Of a DNA stretch of 53,252 bases, positions 1 to 8,749 are shown piece after piece. Position 1 is the first letter of the stretch. Every line of letters begins with the position of its first letter. The stretch is from IMG/VR virus record IMGVR_UViG_3300030104_004717, positions 1 to 53,252 of that record. One strand, written 5' to 3'. The stretch is from a virus (Duplodnaviria; Caudoviricetes). The translations under genes and the position numbers were made by a program. The notes below the pieces were generated by a model that saw only the letters and a program-made list of their open reading frames with translations, was not told the DNA's origin and made no database searches.

Positions 1-1
1 A

Positions 2-67
2 AAAGAAATTTTAAAAGAACTTCAGCCACAATCTGAGAGCCAACCTGTTTACGGAGTGGCTTGGTAA
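2..67 (+). CDS. 3' end of a gene truncated by the window edge (KEILKELQPQSESQPVYGVAW*)
   Basis: Frame 2 is open from base 2 to TAA at 65-67, 3 nt before the ATG at 71. It may be the end of the gene that starts at 52852 if the genome is circularly permuted (unverified). Confidence 0.45.
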   Translation, partial: KEILKELQPQSESQPVYGVAW

Positions 68-70
68 GCC

Positions 71-1474
71 ATGGACAATTACGATGTAAATAACTCCAAC
101 AGTTCTGGATCTGATGGAGATGCTAATATGGGGGGAGGTATACCTTCCATTGTTGACGGCTCTGGGGATTCGATAATTAATGATGGTAACACCAATACTA
201 ATAACCAGTCGGTTCTTGGTGGGTCTATAACTGGTGGAAATACAACTGGAACAGTAGTTGATACCAGTGCTGAACTGGCAGACTTGATTTTGGAAAAAGT
301 TCAAGATTTAGCTAATTTAACTACGAAAACTGCATACATTCCTTATGCTCCCTCGTATGCTCGTGATACCTATGGCCCAACTTATTATGATCAAAGAACG
401 GATGGCGGTGCTGATGCAAATATCATTAACTCAAAAACACTCACTAGCAAATTTCCAGTTTATAGAATATTCTTTAAAGGTTCAACTGAGCCTACTGATA
501 TAATGACTCAAAGTGTCTGGTCAATTTGTAGGCACAAAGGAATTTTTGCTGGAGTTGGTAATGAGGCTGGATATTATCAAAAGGGATCTAAGATGACGAG
601 CCTTCACTTTGCAGGCAACAAGCACCCGTGGAACCCGTTAATACTTCCATCTAATCCAATCAGAGGTTCAGGTAGTTCTCAAATATCAAATGGAAGCGCT
701 AACATGGGCGACAATTATATGCCTTTGGAGCACGTTGAAGCGGTCTTTCACAGGAATGTTATTCAAGGAGCGGCAAACATTAGCCACTCAGGTAACGCTT
801 ATGGCCCTGAAGTCATTAAGAGCAATGCTTATAGAGTTCATTTAAAAAGTGGAGCCACCTTTGATTTGAATGCTGGAGGCTACACCGTCACAAGCCAGCC
901 AACTTTAAGAATGATTAAACCTGAAGGCAACTTTGATACTGTTGATAAGATAGAAAGATCAACAAAGCCCTTAGTATACTTCTACTCCTACGGCGGCCAG
1001 TATTACACTGGAGACTTTCATAACGCTTCTACCTTTTCAGGGAGCTACCCTGCTAATACACAATCTCATTCATATATGCTAAGAACTGGATTGGCAGGAG
1101 CTAAGGTGGGTCACTTTGCCTATGGTAGCTCAAGTTATTCTGGACTTACAGTTGATGGCAATGAAGGCAACTACACAACCAATGTTTCCGACCCAGTAAA
1201 AGGTGATCCATTAAGCCTTGATACAGGAGCCACTTACCTTCCTTTAGAAAACATTAAAGCCATCACTAAACTAAACAGTGGAGATACAGGATATTCATTA
1301 AATAGCACTACAGATTTAAACAATTCTAATGTTCTTCCTTATCAAACTCACGTTCGTGACAGTCAAAACAACTCGTCTCCACTGTTAAACATGGCATTAG
1401 GTAACAATGATCGAGGCTATACTAATGTATACCAACCAGCTGACGCTGGAGCCTCAACACTGATGACAGAATAA
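71..1474 (+). CDS. Hypothetical virion/tail-associated protein (467 aa)
   Basis: Long ORF rich in Gly/Ser/Asn/Thr, typical of beta-rich structural proteins; no catalytic motif recognised. Confidence 0.55.
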   Translation: MDNYDVNNSNSSGSDGDANMGGGIPSIVDGSGDSIINDGNTNTNNQSVLGGSITGGNTTGTVVDTSAELADLILEKVQDLANLTTKTAYIPYAPSYARDTYGPTYYDQRTDGGADANIINSKTLTSKFPVYRIFFKGSTEPTDIMTQSVWSICRHKGIFAGVGNEAGYYQKGSKMTSLHFAGNKHPWNPLILPSNPIRGSGSSQISNGSANMGDNYMPLEHVEAVFHRNVIQGAANISHSGNAYGPEVIKSNAYRVHLKSGATFDLNAGGYTVTSQPTLRMIKPEGNFDTVDKIERSTKPLVYFYSYGGQYYTGDFHNASTFSGSYPANTQSHSYMLRTGLAGAKVGHFAYGSSSYSGLTVDGNEGNYTTNVSDPVKGDPLSLDTGATYLPLENIKAITKLNSGDTGYSLNSTTDLNNSNVLPYQTHVRDSQNNSSPLLNMALGNNDRGYTNVYQPADAGASTLMTE

Positions 1475-1771
1475 TTAATCCCCTGTCCTAATACCTCTGT
1501 ATCCTTTATTGTTGTTAAGGTTCTGAAGTTTAACGATAGCTTTTTCTAACAGCTCTATACTTGCGGCGGCATTTTCAGCTATAGCTCTATCTTTTGTAGT
1601 TTCAGCCCAGAATTTTTTACCCTTACCTTTATTAAGAACACTGTAAGCCATTGGCTCTAAATAGCTTTGCCAAGTCTCGCCTTGCTTGGCTAACATATTT
1701 TCTATTTTGATCTTGTCTGATTCAGGTAGTCTAAATGTAGTGGTTACTCTTCTCTCTTGTTTTGGTGGCAT
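1475..1771 (-). CDS. Small DNA-binding protein, ribbon-helix-helix-like; candidate repressor
   Basis: N-terminal RRVTTTFRLPESDKIKIENML has the alternating beta-strand plus helix pattern of RHH proteins; it is transcribed divergently from the integrase across attP. Confidence 0.5.
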   Translation of the reverse strand: MPPKQERRVTTTFRLPESDKIKIENMLAKQGETWQSYLEPMAYSVLNKGKGKKFWAETTKDRAIAENAAASIELLEKAIVKLQNLNNNKGYRGIRTGD

Positions 1772-1844
1772 TTCTTAGTGTGGGTGTTAAATGTGAACAT
1801 ATTTTGTTTCTATTTTTAAAGGTAGACTCAAAGTTGTTCAAGTA

Positions 1845-2101
1845 AAAAGTGTTCTACTATGTGTCATGTATTCATGTCTAATTAATGGGTTTAAAAAAAA
1901 GACATAAAAAAGACATAAGGATTTTGGTTGGTTTTGTAACCACCTTATGGTCATCAAGTTACAATGGCGACCCGTACGGGACTCGAACCCCAGTCTACCT
2001 TTTATTAATGACTCACTTTTGTTCTATTATACTAGTATATCTGCATATTAGATAAGTTTTAACGCAGTCTGCATTTGCAAAAGTGTTCCATTATGTGTCA
2101 T
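1845..2101 (+). repeat. Imperfect 23-bp direct repeat flanking the att core (AAAAGTGTTCYAYTATGTGTCAT at 1845-1867 and 2079-2101)
   Basis: Two copies differing at 2 of 23 positions, one on each side of the tRNA-like core. Confidence 0.75.
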
Positions 2102-2134
2102 TATAAAGACATAAAAAGACATAAAAAGACATAA
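1898..2134 (+). repeat. Integrase arm-type binding sites, AAAGACATAA x5
   Basis: Exact 10-mers at 1898, 1909, 2105, 2115 and 2125: two left and three right of the core, the usual P/P' arm arrangement of a tyrosine-integrase attP. Confidence 0.8.
1965..1990 (-). mobile_element. attP core = 3' end of a tRNA gene (T-loop, acceptor 3' strand and CCA; tRNA-Glu/Asp type)
   Basis: Reverse complement reads GGG-TTCGAGT-CCCGT-ACGGGTC-G-CCA. The 5' half of the tRNA is absent. It lies 155 bp upstream of the integrase, between the arm repeats. Confidence 0.88.
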
Positions 2135-2145
2135 ACTTAAAAGCT

Positions 2146-3381
2146 ATGACTAAAAAATTAGACAACGAGCCTTTTGTTATAGATAGGCTCAAGATTGGCT
2201 CAACCAAATTTTCAATCTACAGTAATAACAAATCGTACACATTGGTTTGGTATGAAAACGGCAGGAGAATACGCAAGACTTTTAAGACGATAGACGAGGC
2301 CAAGAGGCAAGCTAGGACAGCCAAGGCTACAAAAAGCAATAACACTTTGAGTTTGTCTGGAAAGGAATTAAACGAATATAGGGCTACTTTAGACATACTT
2401 AATTCATACGCCAATATGTGTGATTTACCTGAAAGGCCACGCATCGACACTCTTATTCAAGAAGCTATTACTATCCGAAAACAAAAACCTGATAACTACA
2501 CAGTTAAAACGACCTCTGAAGTATTCGAGGAGCTGAAAGCTCAGAAGATTACTAATGGATGCACACGGCAAACCATACTAGACATGGGGTGTTTAAAAAG
2601 TTTTATCAATATGTATCCATCCTATATCCACGAAATATCCAATCAAGACGTTATTGAGTGGAACAATTTAATAGCAAAAGGAAAAGCCGAAAGGACACGG
2701 GCTAATTATCAGAACGCCCTAATAAATCTTTTTAACTACGCACAAAACATGGAATACTTGCCTGACGGTAAACATTCGGCTCACGTTTTAAAAAAAGCAG
2801 GATTGAAAGCGAAAAAAGGTGTAGCTGAAGTAAAGCTCTGGGGTATCAACGAATGGGAAAGGATAATTAATAAATCACTGGAACTAAAAAGCGTTGGAGA
2901 AAACAAAAGAGTTACTATAATGGTAGCGCTGGCAGGGTTAGCTGGTTTGCGAACGAGCGAGATAGCACGGATGGTGTGGAGCGATGTTTTATGGGATACT
3001 AAATATATTCGTGTTCCTGCACACAAATCTAAAAACAACAAAGCTCATCGGCGAATACCCTTATCCCCTTCTCTTGAAGCTTGGCTTAGATTAGCGGGAG
3101 GAGCGGAAGAATCAACAGGCTCTATGACTAAAGTTAAAGACAGAAGCTATGTAACTGAGAGGATAGTTCAAACAACTAAAAGGGCTGGCCTAGAGCATAT
3201 AAACAACGGCCTTCGCCATAGCTGTATATCAGCTTGGATTGCTCAAGGAAATGAAATAGGAACAGTTAGCAACTGGGCTGACAACTCGCCTGCTATAATT
3301 AGGTCTAACTATCTAGGTGAAATTACCCAAGAAGACGGCGAGCGATGGCATTCAATTATGCCACCTCGTAGATCGGATTGA
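2146..3381 (+). CDS. int: Tyrosine recombinase / phage integrase
   Basis: AGLRTSEI (catalytic Arg), SKN (Lys), NGLRHS (box with Arg) and NSPAIIRSNY (catalytic Tyr); N-terminal arm-binding-like region; adjacent to attP. Confidence 0.93.
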   Translation: MTKKLDNEPFVIDRLKIGSTKFSIYSNNKSYTLVWYENGRRIRKTFKTIDEAKRQARTAKATKSNNTLSLSGKELNEYRATLDILNSYANMCDLPERPRIDTLIQEAITIRKQKPDNYTVKTTSEVFEELKAQKITNGCTRQTILDMGCLKSFINMYPSYIHEISNQDVIEWNNLIAKGKAERTRANYQNALINLFNYAQNMEYLPDGKHSAHVLKKAGLKAKKGVAEVKLWGINEWERIINKSLELKSVGENKRVTIMVALAGLAGLRTSEIARMVWSDVLWDTKYIRVPAHKSKNNKAHRRIPLSPSLEAWLRLAGGAEESTGSMTKVKDRSYVTERIVQTTKRAGLEHINNGLRHSCISAWIAQGNEIGTVSNWADNSPAIIRSNYLGEITQEDGERWHSIMPPRRSD

Positions 3382-3631
3382 TGGGCAAATAAGGAACCTT
3401 TGGAGCGACCTTCCCTGTAAACTTTAGCTTGTCGACACACTCAGCTTCAGCTATCGGCCACTGCCATGATCCGCCGGGAGGTGGACACGCTATTTCTGGA
3501 TCCGTTTCAGCCAACTCAACAATGTTGTCGGCGCTCAGTGTTTGACCTTTGGTTAGCTGGCTAATGAAGTGGAAAGCATTTTCTTTCCAAACTTCAACGT
3601 GAAAAAAACTTTCAGGTTCTTCGTTTTGCAT
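3356..3631 (-). CDS. Hypothetical protein (91 aa)
   Basis: ATG-initiated ORF convergent with int that fills the gap between int and the next gene. Confidence 0.55.
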   Translation of the reverse strand: MQNEEPESFFHVEVWKENAFHFISQLTKGQTLSADNIVELAETDPEIACPPPGGSWQWPIAEAECVDKLKFTGKVAPKVPYLPINPIYEVA

Positions 3632-3716
3632 AAGTTATTATATGTTAGTAATTTGTGGCTATTGTTAGTTCTAACACAGTCTGAATTGTGTTAAATTGTT
3701 TTGACATTATTAAGTC

Positions 3717-3965
3717 ATGTTTAATATTGGGTCAACAATTATAATGAAGACTCAACTTAATATTACGAACAGTATTGATTGGTTAAACGAGAACACTCAA
3801 AGCTCGTGGAGCCGATCAAAATTTTACAGAATGCGCAAATTAGATTTTTTCTCAGGATCATGGAGAGCTGATAAATCTACGGAATATTTCACAATAAACG
3901 CCTTAAAAAGAGGCTGTGAAGACATTGGAGTTCCTTTACGGAAGGGGTTGAAACGTGCCAGATAG
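3717..3965 (+). CDS. Small HTH protein, excisionase/Cro-like (start may be 3744)
   Basis: First gene of the rightward early operon near int; the WSRSKFYRMRK segment resembles the AlpA/Xis recognition helix. Confidence 0.5.
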   Translation: MFNIGSTIIMKTQLNITNSIDWLNENTQSSWSRSKFYRMRKLDFFSGSWRADKSTEYFTINALKRGCEDIGVPLRKGLKRAR

Positions 3966-4233
3966 TATCTCCAGTGAACAAATGAGAGCTTGGCGAAGCG
4001 AGCTTCACAAGTCGTTAGATCAGTCTACCTTCTATTATAGACTCGTAATTGTTTGCTTGGCCGCCTGTATTGGAACCGTGGCATTTGGTTTAGTTTTCCC
4101 AACTATCTTTTTCGTGTTCATGGGACTGGTTTTTATGATTTTTCAAATGAAGCATTCTTGTCGAGCGCAAGAGATTGACTTGTTGCGAACGAAAGCAGTT
4201 AACAATTTTTTGATGAATAAAATTGATGGATGA
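3955..4233 (+). CDS. Hypothetical membrane protein
   Basis: Long hydrophobic stretch LVIVCLAACIGTVAFGLVFPTIFFVFMGLVFMIF; overlaps both neighbours as in an operon. Confidence 0.6.
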   Translation: MPDSISSEQMRAWRSELHKSLDQSTFYYRLVIVCLAACIGTVAFGLVFPTIFFVFMGLVFMIFQMKHSCRAQEIDLLRTKAVNNFLMNKIDG

Positions 4234-4630
4234 AGCGCTGAGGAAAGTTCTTAAAAAAGTTCCCAAGAAAAAAAACAAGTATGGTGCTAAAAAAGCAGGA
4301 TCCCTTTTGTTCGAGGGACGGATGTTTGACTCTAAGGCTGAAAGAGATAGAGCTGAACAGCTTAAGGTTATGGAGAGGGATGGCGATATACAGGAGCTAG
4401 AACTCCAGCCACAAACCTCACTTTCGAAAGCAGAGATTGGGTACAAGCCAGACTTCGCTTACACGGAAAATGGGGTGCGCATTTATGAAGACGTAAAGGG
4501 GGTTGAAACTGAAGGCTTTAGAATAAAGGCGAGACTCTGGAAGAAGTATGGATATGGGCCATTAAGAATAACAAAAAGAAAGGGAATAAAATCTCCCTTC
4601 ACTATCTCAAAAACTATTTATGTGGATTAA
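4223..4630 (+). CDS. DUF1064-like PD-(D/E)XK nuclease (putative junction resolvase)
   Basis: NKYGAKK, FDSKAE, LELQP, YKPDFAY and EDVKG motifs are characteristic of DUF1064. Confidence 0.85.
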   Translation: MMDEALRKVLKKVPKKKNKYGAKKAGSLLFEGRMFDSKAERDRAEQLKVMERDGDIQELELQPQTSLSKAEIGYKPDFAYTENGVRIYEDVKGVETEGFRIKARLWKKYGYGPLRITKRKGIKSPFTISKTIYVD

Positions 4631-5312
4631 AGTAGAAACGAAATTACGCAACAGTCCGAAAGTGTTCACGATTGCCATGAGAATGGGAGTGCCAAGGATT
4701 ACAGCCCTCGGAGCAGTGATTGAGGCGTGGATGATCGCTGATTCTCACGCTGAGGAAAATGGGTTCCTCAAACACCTCACTTTTGAGGCTCTTGATGAGA
4801 TGGTTGGGGTAAAATATCTTGGCACAGCAATGAATGAGGTTGGCTGGCTGGTTGAGGTTGAGGGAGGATTAAGTTTTGTGGATTACACAAAACATAACGG
4901 CTCGACTGCTAAAACAAGGGCTGAAGATGCAGAAAGACAAAGGAAGTGCCGGGAAAATAAGAAGGCAAAACAGGATGAGGAAAACAAGAATAAGGAAAGT
5001 GTGACACCTGTCACGGTTGTGTCACAAAATTCCGTGACCAGAGAAGAGAAAAGAAGAATAGATAATATATATAATGCCTATCCGAGAAAGGTCGGGAAGG
5101 CAGATGCTTTGAAGGCGATTGGTAAATCGCTGAAGAAAGAAGAGTATGAGTTTCTTTTAAAGAAAACTAAAGACTTTGCTCTGAGCAGACAGGCCGAGGA
5201 TCCTCAATTCACCCCCTACCCCTCAACTTGGTTCAACAGAGAGCATTACCACGATGAAATTGAGAAGGTTAAACCTAAACCCACTGGTGAAAACTTTATG
5301 GCAAAACTATAA
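4620..5312 (+). CDS. Phage replication initiator / replisome organiser
   Basis: N-terminal WIKVE, central AERQRKCR, C-terminal YPRKVGK...PYPSTWFN..HY.DE domain; directly upstream of the helicase; contains iteron-like repeats. Confidence 0.8.
   Translation: MWIKVETKLRNSPKVFTIAMRMGVPRITALGAVIEAWMIADSHAEENGFLKHLTFEALDEMVGVKYLGTAMNEVGWLVEVEGGLSFVDYTKHNGSTAKTRAEDAERQRKCRENKKAKQDEENKNKESVTPVTVVSQNSVTREEKRRIDNIYNAYPRKVGKADALKAIGKSLKKEEYEFLLKKTKDFALSRQAEDPQFTPYPSTWFNREHYHDEIEKVKPKPTGENFMAKL
5001..5075. promoter_or_regulatory. Putative replication origin inside the initiator gene
   Basis: Four GTGAC/GTCAC units within 5001-5040, followed by a purine run and an AT-rich tract (to about 5075); lambda O-like layout. 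Confidence 0.55.
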
Positions 5313-6652
5313 TGATTGAAGAACAAGTAGATACAAAAGATGAAGCTCTAAAACAGGCGGAGCTTAAGGTGATTGGATGTTTTGCGGCAGACTCCACCTA
5401 CGGTAAAAGGACAGGGGAAGAAGCCGTTGCCAAGGCAATGAACTACATCCCGAACGGCAGTTATTTCTCAAACACTTTCAGGTCATTGCTCTGGGATTTA
5501 ATTATTGAGTTAGTAGAGGATGGCTCCCCTCTTAGCTTATCTTCTCTGGCAATTAAGTTAGCAGAAAAGGAAGACAAAATTCCTTCACACATTTGGTCTG
5601 AAGTTATGGACGCTACGGATGACTGTGAGGAATCAGCAGACCACATTGAGTTCTATGCTAAACAGGTGGCTGATAAGTATTTTCACAGGATAACTCACCA
5701 ACAACTCCACCAGCTAACGGAAGGGGTTAGTAAGGGATCGGTTGATATTGATCAGCTAGAGGAAGGGATATTATCACTTAAAGAACTAAAGAATCACCAT
5801 TCTGATAAATCAAAAAACATAGGAACCGTTTTAAATGAACTGCTCCATCAGCAAATGGAGAACCACAAGAACCCAGGCATTCGAGGAGCAAGAACTGGAT
5901 TTGATAAACTGGATTCGAATCTTGGAGGTTTACAAAAGCAAGCGTTCATCGTGGTTGGCGCTCGGCCGTCAGCAGGAAAAACAGCCTTAGCTTGTAATTT
6001 GATGTCTGGTCTTGCCAAGCGAGGACACCGTTCCCTTTTCATCTCCCTTGAAATGACAAGCATTCAAGTCAGTACACGACTCGTAGCCGAAGCCTCAAAA
6101 ACAAGCTATCAGATATCCAGTTTTGAAAAACAGCCGAATGCGACTGAACACGCCAGAATCAACAACGCCATGAAAAATCTTAAAGAATGGCCGTTAGAAA
6201 TTTATGATCCCCCCACCCAAACTATTTCACAAGTTTGCTCAAAGATTAGAGAAGCTGGGAGGCAAGGTGTTGAGGTTGTTATGATTGACTACGTTGGTTT
6301 GATTCGACCTGAATCAAAAGAGCAAAGACAATCTCGTTATCTACTTATCACCGAATGTTCAGCAAAATTAAAAGCGGCGGCTAGAGCAGCAAATGTAGCC
6401 GTTATCTGCTTGTGCCAACTTAGACGAGAAGCCGAAAAGAATGACAAGCCAAAGATGAGTGATCTGAGAGAGTCAGGACAGCTTGAACAGGATGCCGATG
6501 CTATCATTTTGATTCATAGACCTGAAAGAGAACAAGACATTGTGATGGAGGATGGGTTTTTACTCGTATCAAAAAACAGAAACGGCCCGACAGGAGACGT
6601 AGATATCGTCTTCAATCGCCGCACCATGACATTTTCAGAAGGGATAATTTAA
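5312..6652 (+). CDS. dnaB: Replicative DNA helicase, DnaB family
   Basis: Walker A GARPSAGKT, SLEM, IDYVGLI, CQLRR, DLRESGQLEQDAD and KNRNGPTG. Confidence 0.96.
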   Translation: MIEEQVDTKDEALKQAELKVIGCFAADSTYGKRTGEEAVAKAMNYIPNGSYFSNTFRSLLWDLIIELVEDGSPLSLSSLAIKLAEKEDKIPSHIWSEVMDATDDCEESADHIEFYAKQVADKYFHRITHQQLHQLTEGVSKGSVDIDQLEEGILSLKELKNHHSDKSKNIGTVLNELLHQQMENHKNPGIRGARTGFDKLDSNLGGLQKQAFIVVGARPSAGKTALACNLMSGLAKRGHRSLFISLEMTSIQVSTRLVAEASKTSYQISSFEKQPNATEHARINNAMKNLKEWPLEIYDPPTQTISQVCSKIREAGRQGVEVVMIDYVGLIRPESKEQRQSRYLLITECSAKLKAAARAANVAVICLCQLRREAEKNDKPKMSDLRESGQLEQDADAIILIHRPEREQDIVMEDGFLLVSKNRNGPTGDVDIVFNRRTMTFSEGII

Positions 6653-6894
6653 TGACACTTGATGAGTTTGCAGAAATAAACCCCGAAGCGATCCAAGCTG
6701 ACGGTTGGGATGAAGCTTTTATTGGATATGTCGAAAGGGCAGATCAGTTACCAACTGCTTGCTACAGCAAGGAAAAGATTATTGAGTTATCCAAGCGTGA
6801 TGGCATAAGCGAAGAGCAAGCGCTCGAATACTTTGAATATAATATTGTCAGCGCCTATGTCGGCGAGTTCACCCCTTTTTATTTAACGGTATGA
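6652..6894 (+). CDS. Conserved hypothetical phage protein
   Basis: ADGWDEAFIG...EQALEYFEYNIVSAYVGEFTP pattern, which I recall from aquatic phages; translationally coupled. Confidence 0.7.
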   Translation: MTLDEFAEINPEAIQADGWDEAFIGYVERADQLPTACYSKEKIIELSKRDGISEEQALEYFEYNIVSAYVGEFTPFYLTV

Positions 6895-7364
6895 GTGAAA
6901 TAATTATCAGACTTAACCAAGCCGAAAAAGAAATTTGTGCAAAGATTGGAATGCGCAGGCAGTTAACCAACAGGGCTATCGGAACAGTAAACCAAAAGGT
7001 ACATACTAAAGATTCTTTTGAAGTAGATCGAGACGGTTTTGCAGGAGAGATGGCCTTTTGTAAAATCTTCCGAATCTATCCAGACTTTGAAAACAACCGA
7101 GCCGATGCCGATGCTTATCATCCAGAACTCAAATGGGTAGATGTGAAGACGGCTCCTGAGAGCCACCACAACCTATTGGTACGCCAACCCAAAGCTGATC
7201 ACCCAGCCGACACATACGCTCTCGTTATCGGAAAATGGGAGACAGGAGTGTTCAGCTACGTTGGCTATGCTACAAAAGAGATGGTCTTTAGGGATGATAA
7301 TCTCGTAGATCCCGGTTTTGGGGTTTGCCACATGATTAAAAGAAAGGATTTAATTTTGCCATGA
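6891..7364 (+). CDS. Hypothetical protein, possible restriction-endonuclease fold
   Basis: GFAGEMAF...D...VDVKT arrangement resembles PD-(D/E)XK; ATGA overlaps at both ends. Confidence 0.55.
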   Translation: MSEIIIRLNQAEKEICAKIGMRRQLTNRAIGTVNQKVHTKDSFEVDRDGFAGEMAFCKIFRIYPDFENNRADADAYHPELKWVDVKTAPESHHNLLVRQPKADHPADTYALVIGKWETGVFSYVGYATKEMVFRDDNLVDPGFGVCHMIKRKDLILP

Positions 7365-7891
7365 CCAATACACACATCATGCTCGACATTGAAACTTTAG
7401 GAACTAGTCCTAAGTCAGTTATCTTTGCAGTAGGGGCTGTAAAAATAAAAGACAATAAGATAGCTGGAAGTTTTTTGGGATACCCATCGATTGAGTCATG
7501 CTTAGATTTAGGACTCACTATTGAAGCAGACACGCTCAAGTGGTGGATGACTCAAAGTGACGATGCTCGCAAGCAATTCAGTGAAAAGACAGGCAAATTA
7601 AAAGAGATACTGAGCGATTTTAACTACTGGTGCGGCACTTCAAACGATCTATACCTCTGGGGAAACGGTGCTGACTTTGATAATGTTCACCTCGCTGAGG
7701 CTTACAAGGCGTGTAAGATGAATCAACCGTGGAAGTTCTGGAATAGTAGGTGTTTCAGAACAATCAAAGGGCTGTACCCAGACACTATCTCACCTTTAAA
7801 GGTCGGAACTAAACACAATGCTCTGAATGATGCTTTAGCTCAAGCGCACCACCTTATCCAAATATTTAAAGACAATGGACTACCCTACTGA
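7361..7891 (+). CDS. DEDDh 3'-5' exonuclease (Rv2179c/DUF5051-like)
   Basis: MLDIETLG (Exo I), WGNGADFD (Exo II) and HNALNDA (Exo III). Confidence 0.88.
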   Translation: MTNTHIMLDIETLGTSPKSVIFAVGAVKIKDNKIAGSFLGYPSIESCLDLGLTIEADTLKWWMTQSDDARKQFSEKTGKLKEILSDFNYWCGTSNDLYLWGNGADFDNVHLAEAYKACKMNQPWKFWNSRCFRTIKGLYPDTISPLKVGTKHNALNDALAQAHHLIQIFKDNGLPY

Positions 7892-7955
7892 TCCTATTCC
7901 TATCTGGATGCTGTTCCTTCTAATAGGAATTATCTTATTTCTAATTTTCTTTTAG
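7875..7955 (+). CDS. 26-aa single-TM micropeptide (MDYPTDPIPIWMLFLLIGIILFLIFF), not in the ORF track
   Basis: ATG 7875 to TAG 7955; overlaps the exonuclease 3' end and ends just before the next promoter. Confidence 0.45.
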   Translation: MDYPTDPIPIWMLFLLIGIILFLIFF

Positions 7956-8002
7956 TTAGTCTACCTTTATTGGTTGACTCATGTTCTACAATGTGTCATT
8001 AG
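7956..8002 (+). promoter_or_regulatory. Promoter/operator heading the small-ORF array
   Basis: TTAGTCTA-N10-TTGACTCA; TTGACT as -35 at 7974 with a weak -10 17 nt downstream. Confidence 0.65.
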
Positions 8003-8027
8003 TTATTTATTAACTCAAAAAACTAAC

Positions 8028-8243
8028 ATGACACTATATACATTATCTTACACACTCCACGGAAACGAAGACGAGCTTTACTACTTGCCTACAAAAAAAG
8101 CAGCGTTGGAATACTTAAAAGAAGAAAAAGAGCGCCACGGCAAAACCAATATTACTGATGCAAGTATCAGCTCTTTTGATTTTAAACTTACAAAAAAAGA
8201 CATTGCCAGTCTTTTGAACAGCGAAGTAGGCACAGGCTTTTAA
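8028..8243 (+). CDS. Hypothetical protein, array ORF 1 (start corrected from 7974)
   Basis: ATG at 8028 ends the conserved leader TAACTCA6CTAACATG shared with three other genes. Confidence 0.75.
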   Translation: MTLYTLSYTLHGNEDELYYLPTKKAALEYLKEEKERHGKTNITDASISSFDFKLTKKDIASLLNSEVGTGF

Positions 8244-8244
8244 T

Positions 8245-8304
8245 TCGAAACTCCCTTAAGGGGAGTCATCAGCCTTTAGCAAGTTGATCTGACGAGATAG
8301 CTAA
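8245..8304 (+). ncRNA. Hammerhead ribozyme, type II, with loop I/3'-tail pseudoknot
   Basis: GAAA 8247-50; stem III CTCCC/GGGAG; GUC triplet 8265-67; stem I ATCAGC/GTTGAT; CTGACGA 8289-95; stem II TC/GA; pseudoknot TTAGC 8276-80 with GCTAA 8300-04. Confidence 0.92.
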
Positions 8305-8322
8305 TAACTCAAAAAAACTAAC

Positions 8323-8748
8323 ATGGTAACATTAAAAACATTAAACAAAGCATTTGCCAGCTTAGGCATAGAACTTGTATGGGGTAACTCATGCGGAAGC
8401 GGAAGGTACTTTTACTTCATTATCTCAGACATCAAGCAGTGTCCTCTGCAATTCTGTAAGGGTGAGATTTTTGGTAACGACCATCAACTCGAAGAGTCAT
8501 GGGGCTATGGATTCCCATTAAATCACATCACTCCTACAGGGTGGATGGAAGAGGCCGTAAGCCAACTGATTAGCGTTGCAGAGCACTGGGACAGAGGTAA
8601 TCACAAGTTCACCAACTGGGAAAAAACAGCCATGAGAATGGTACTCCACGACAAGTTGTCTAAGAACTACAAAGTTGCTGAGACTTACAAGCACCCTAAG
8701 CCAGAATCAGTCAACTGGAACCATCACGTTGTAAAGGAGGAGGCATAA
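8323..8748 (+). CDS. Hypothetical protein, array ORF 2
   Basis: Conserved leader before the ATG; ends in the conserved GGAGGAGGCATAA junction. Confidence 0.75.
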   Translation: MVTLKTLNKAFASLGIELVWGNSCGSGRYFYFIISDIKQCPLQFCKGEIFGNDHQLEESWGYGFPLNHITPTGWMEEAVSQLISVAEHWDRGNHKFTNWEKTAMRMVLHDKLSKNYKVAETYKHPKPESVNWNHHVVKEEA

Positions 8749-8749
8749 G

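Noticed and set aside
1920-2040. Complete tRNA gene
   Set aside because: Only the 3' 26 nt are tRNA-like; no D-arm, anticodon arm or matching 5' acceptor strand can be folded.
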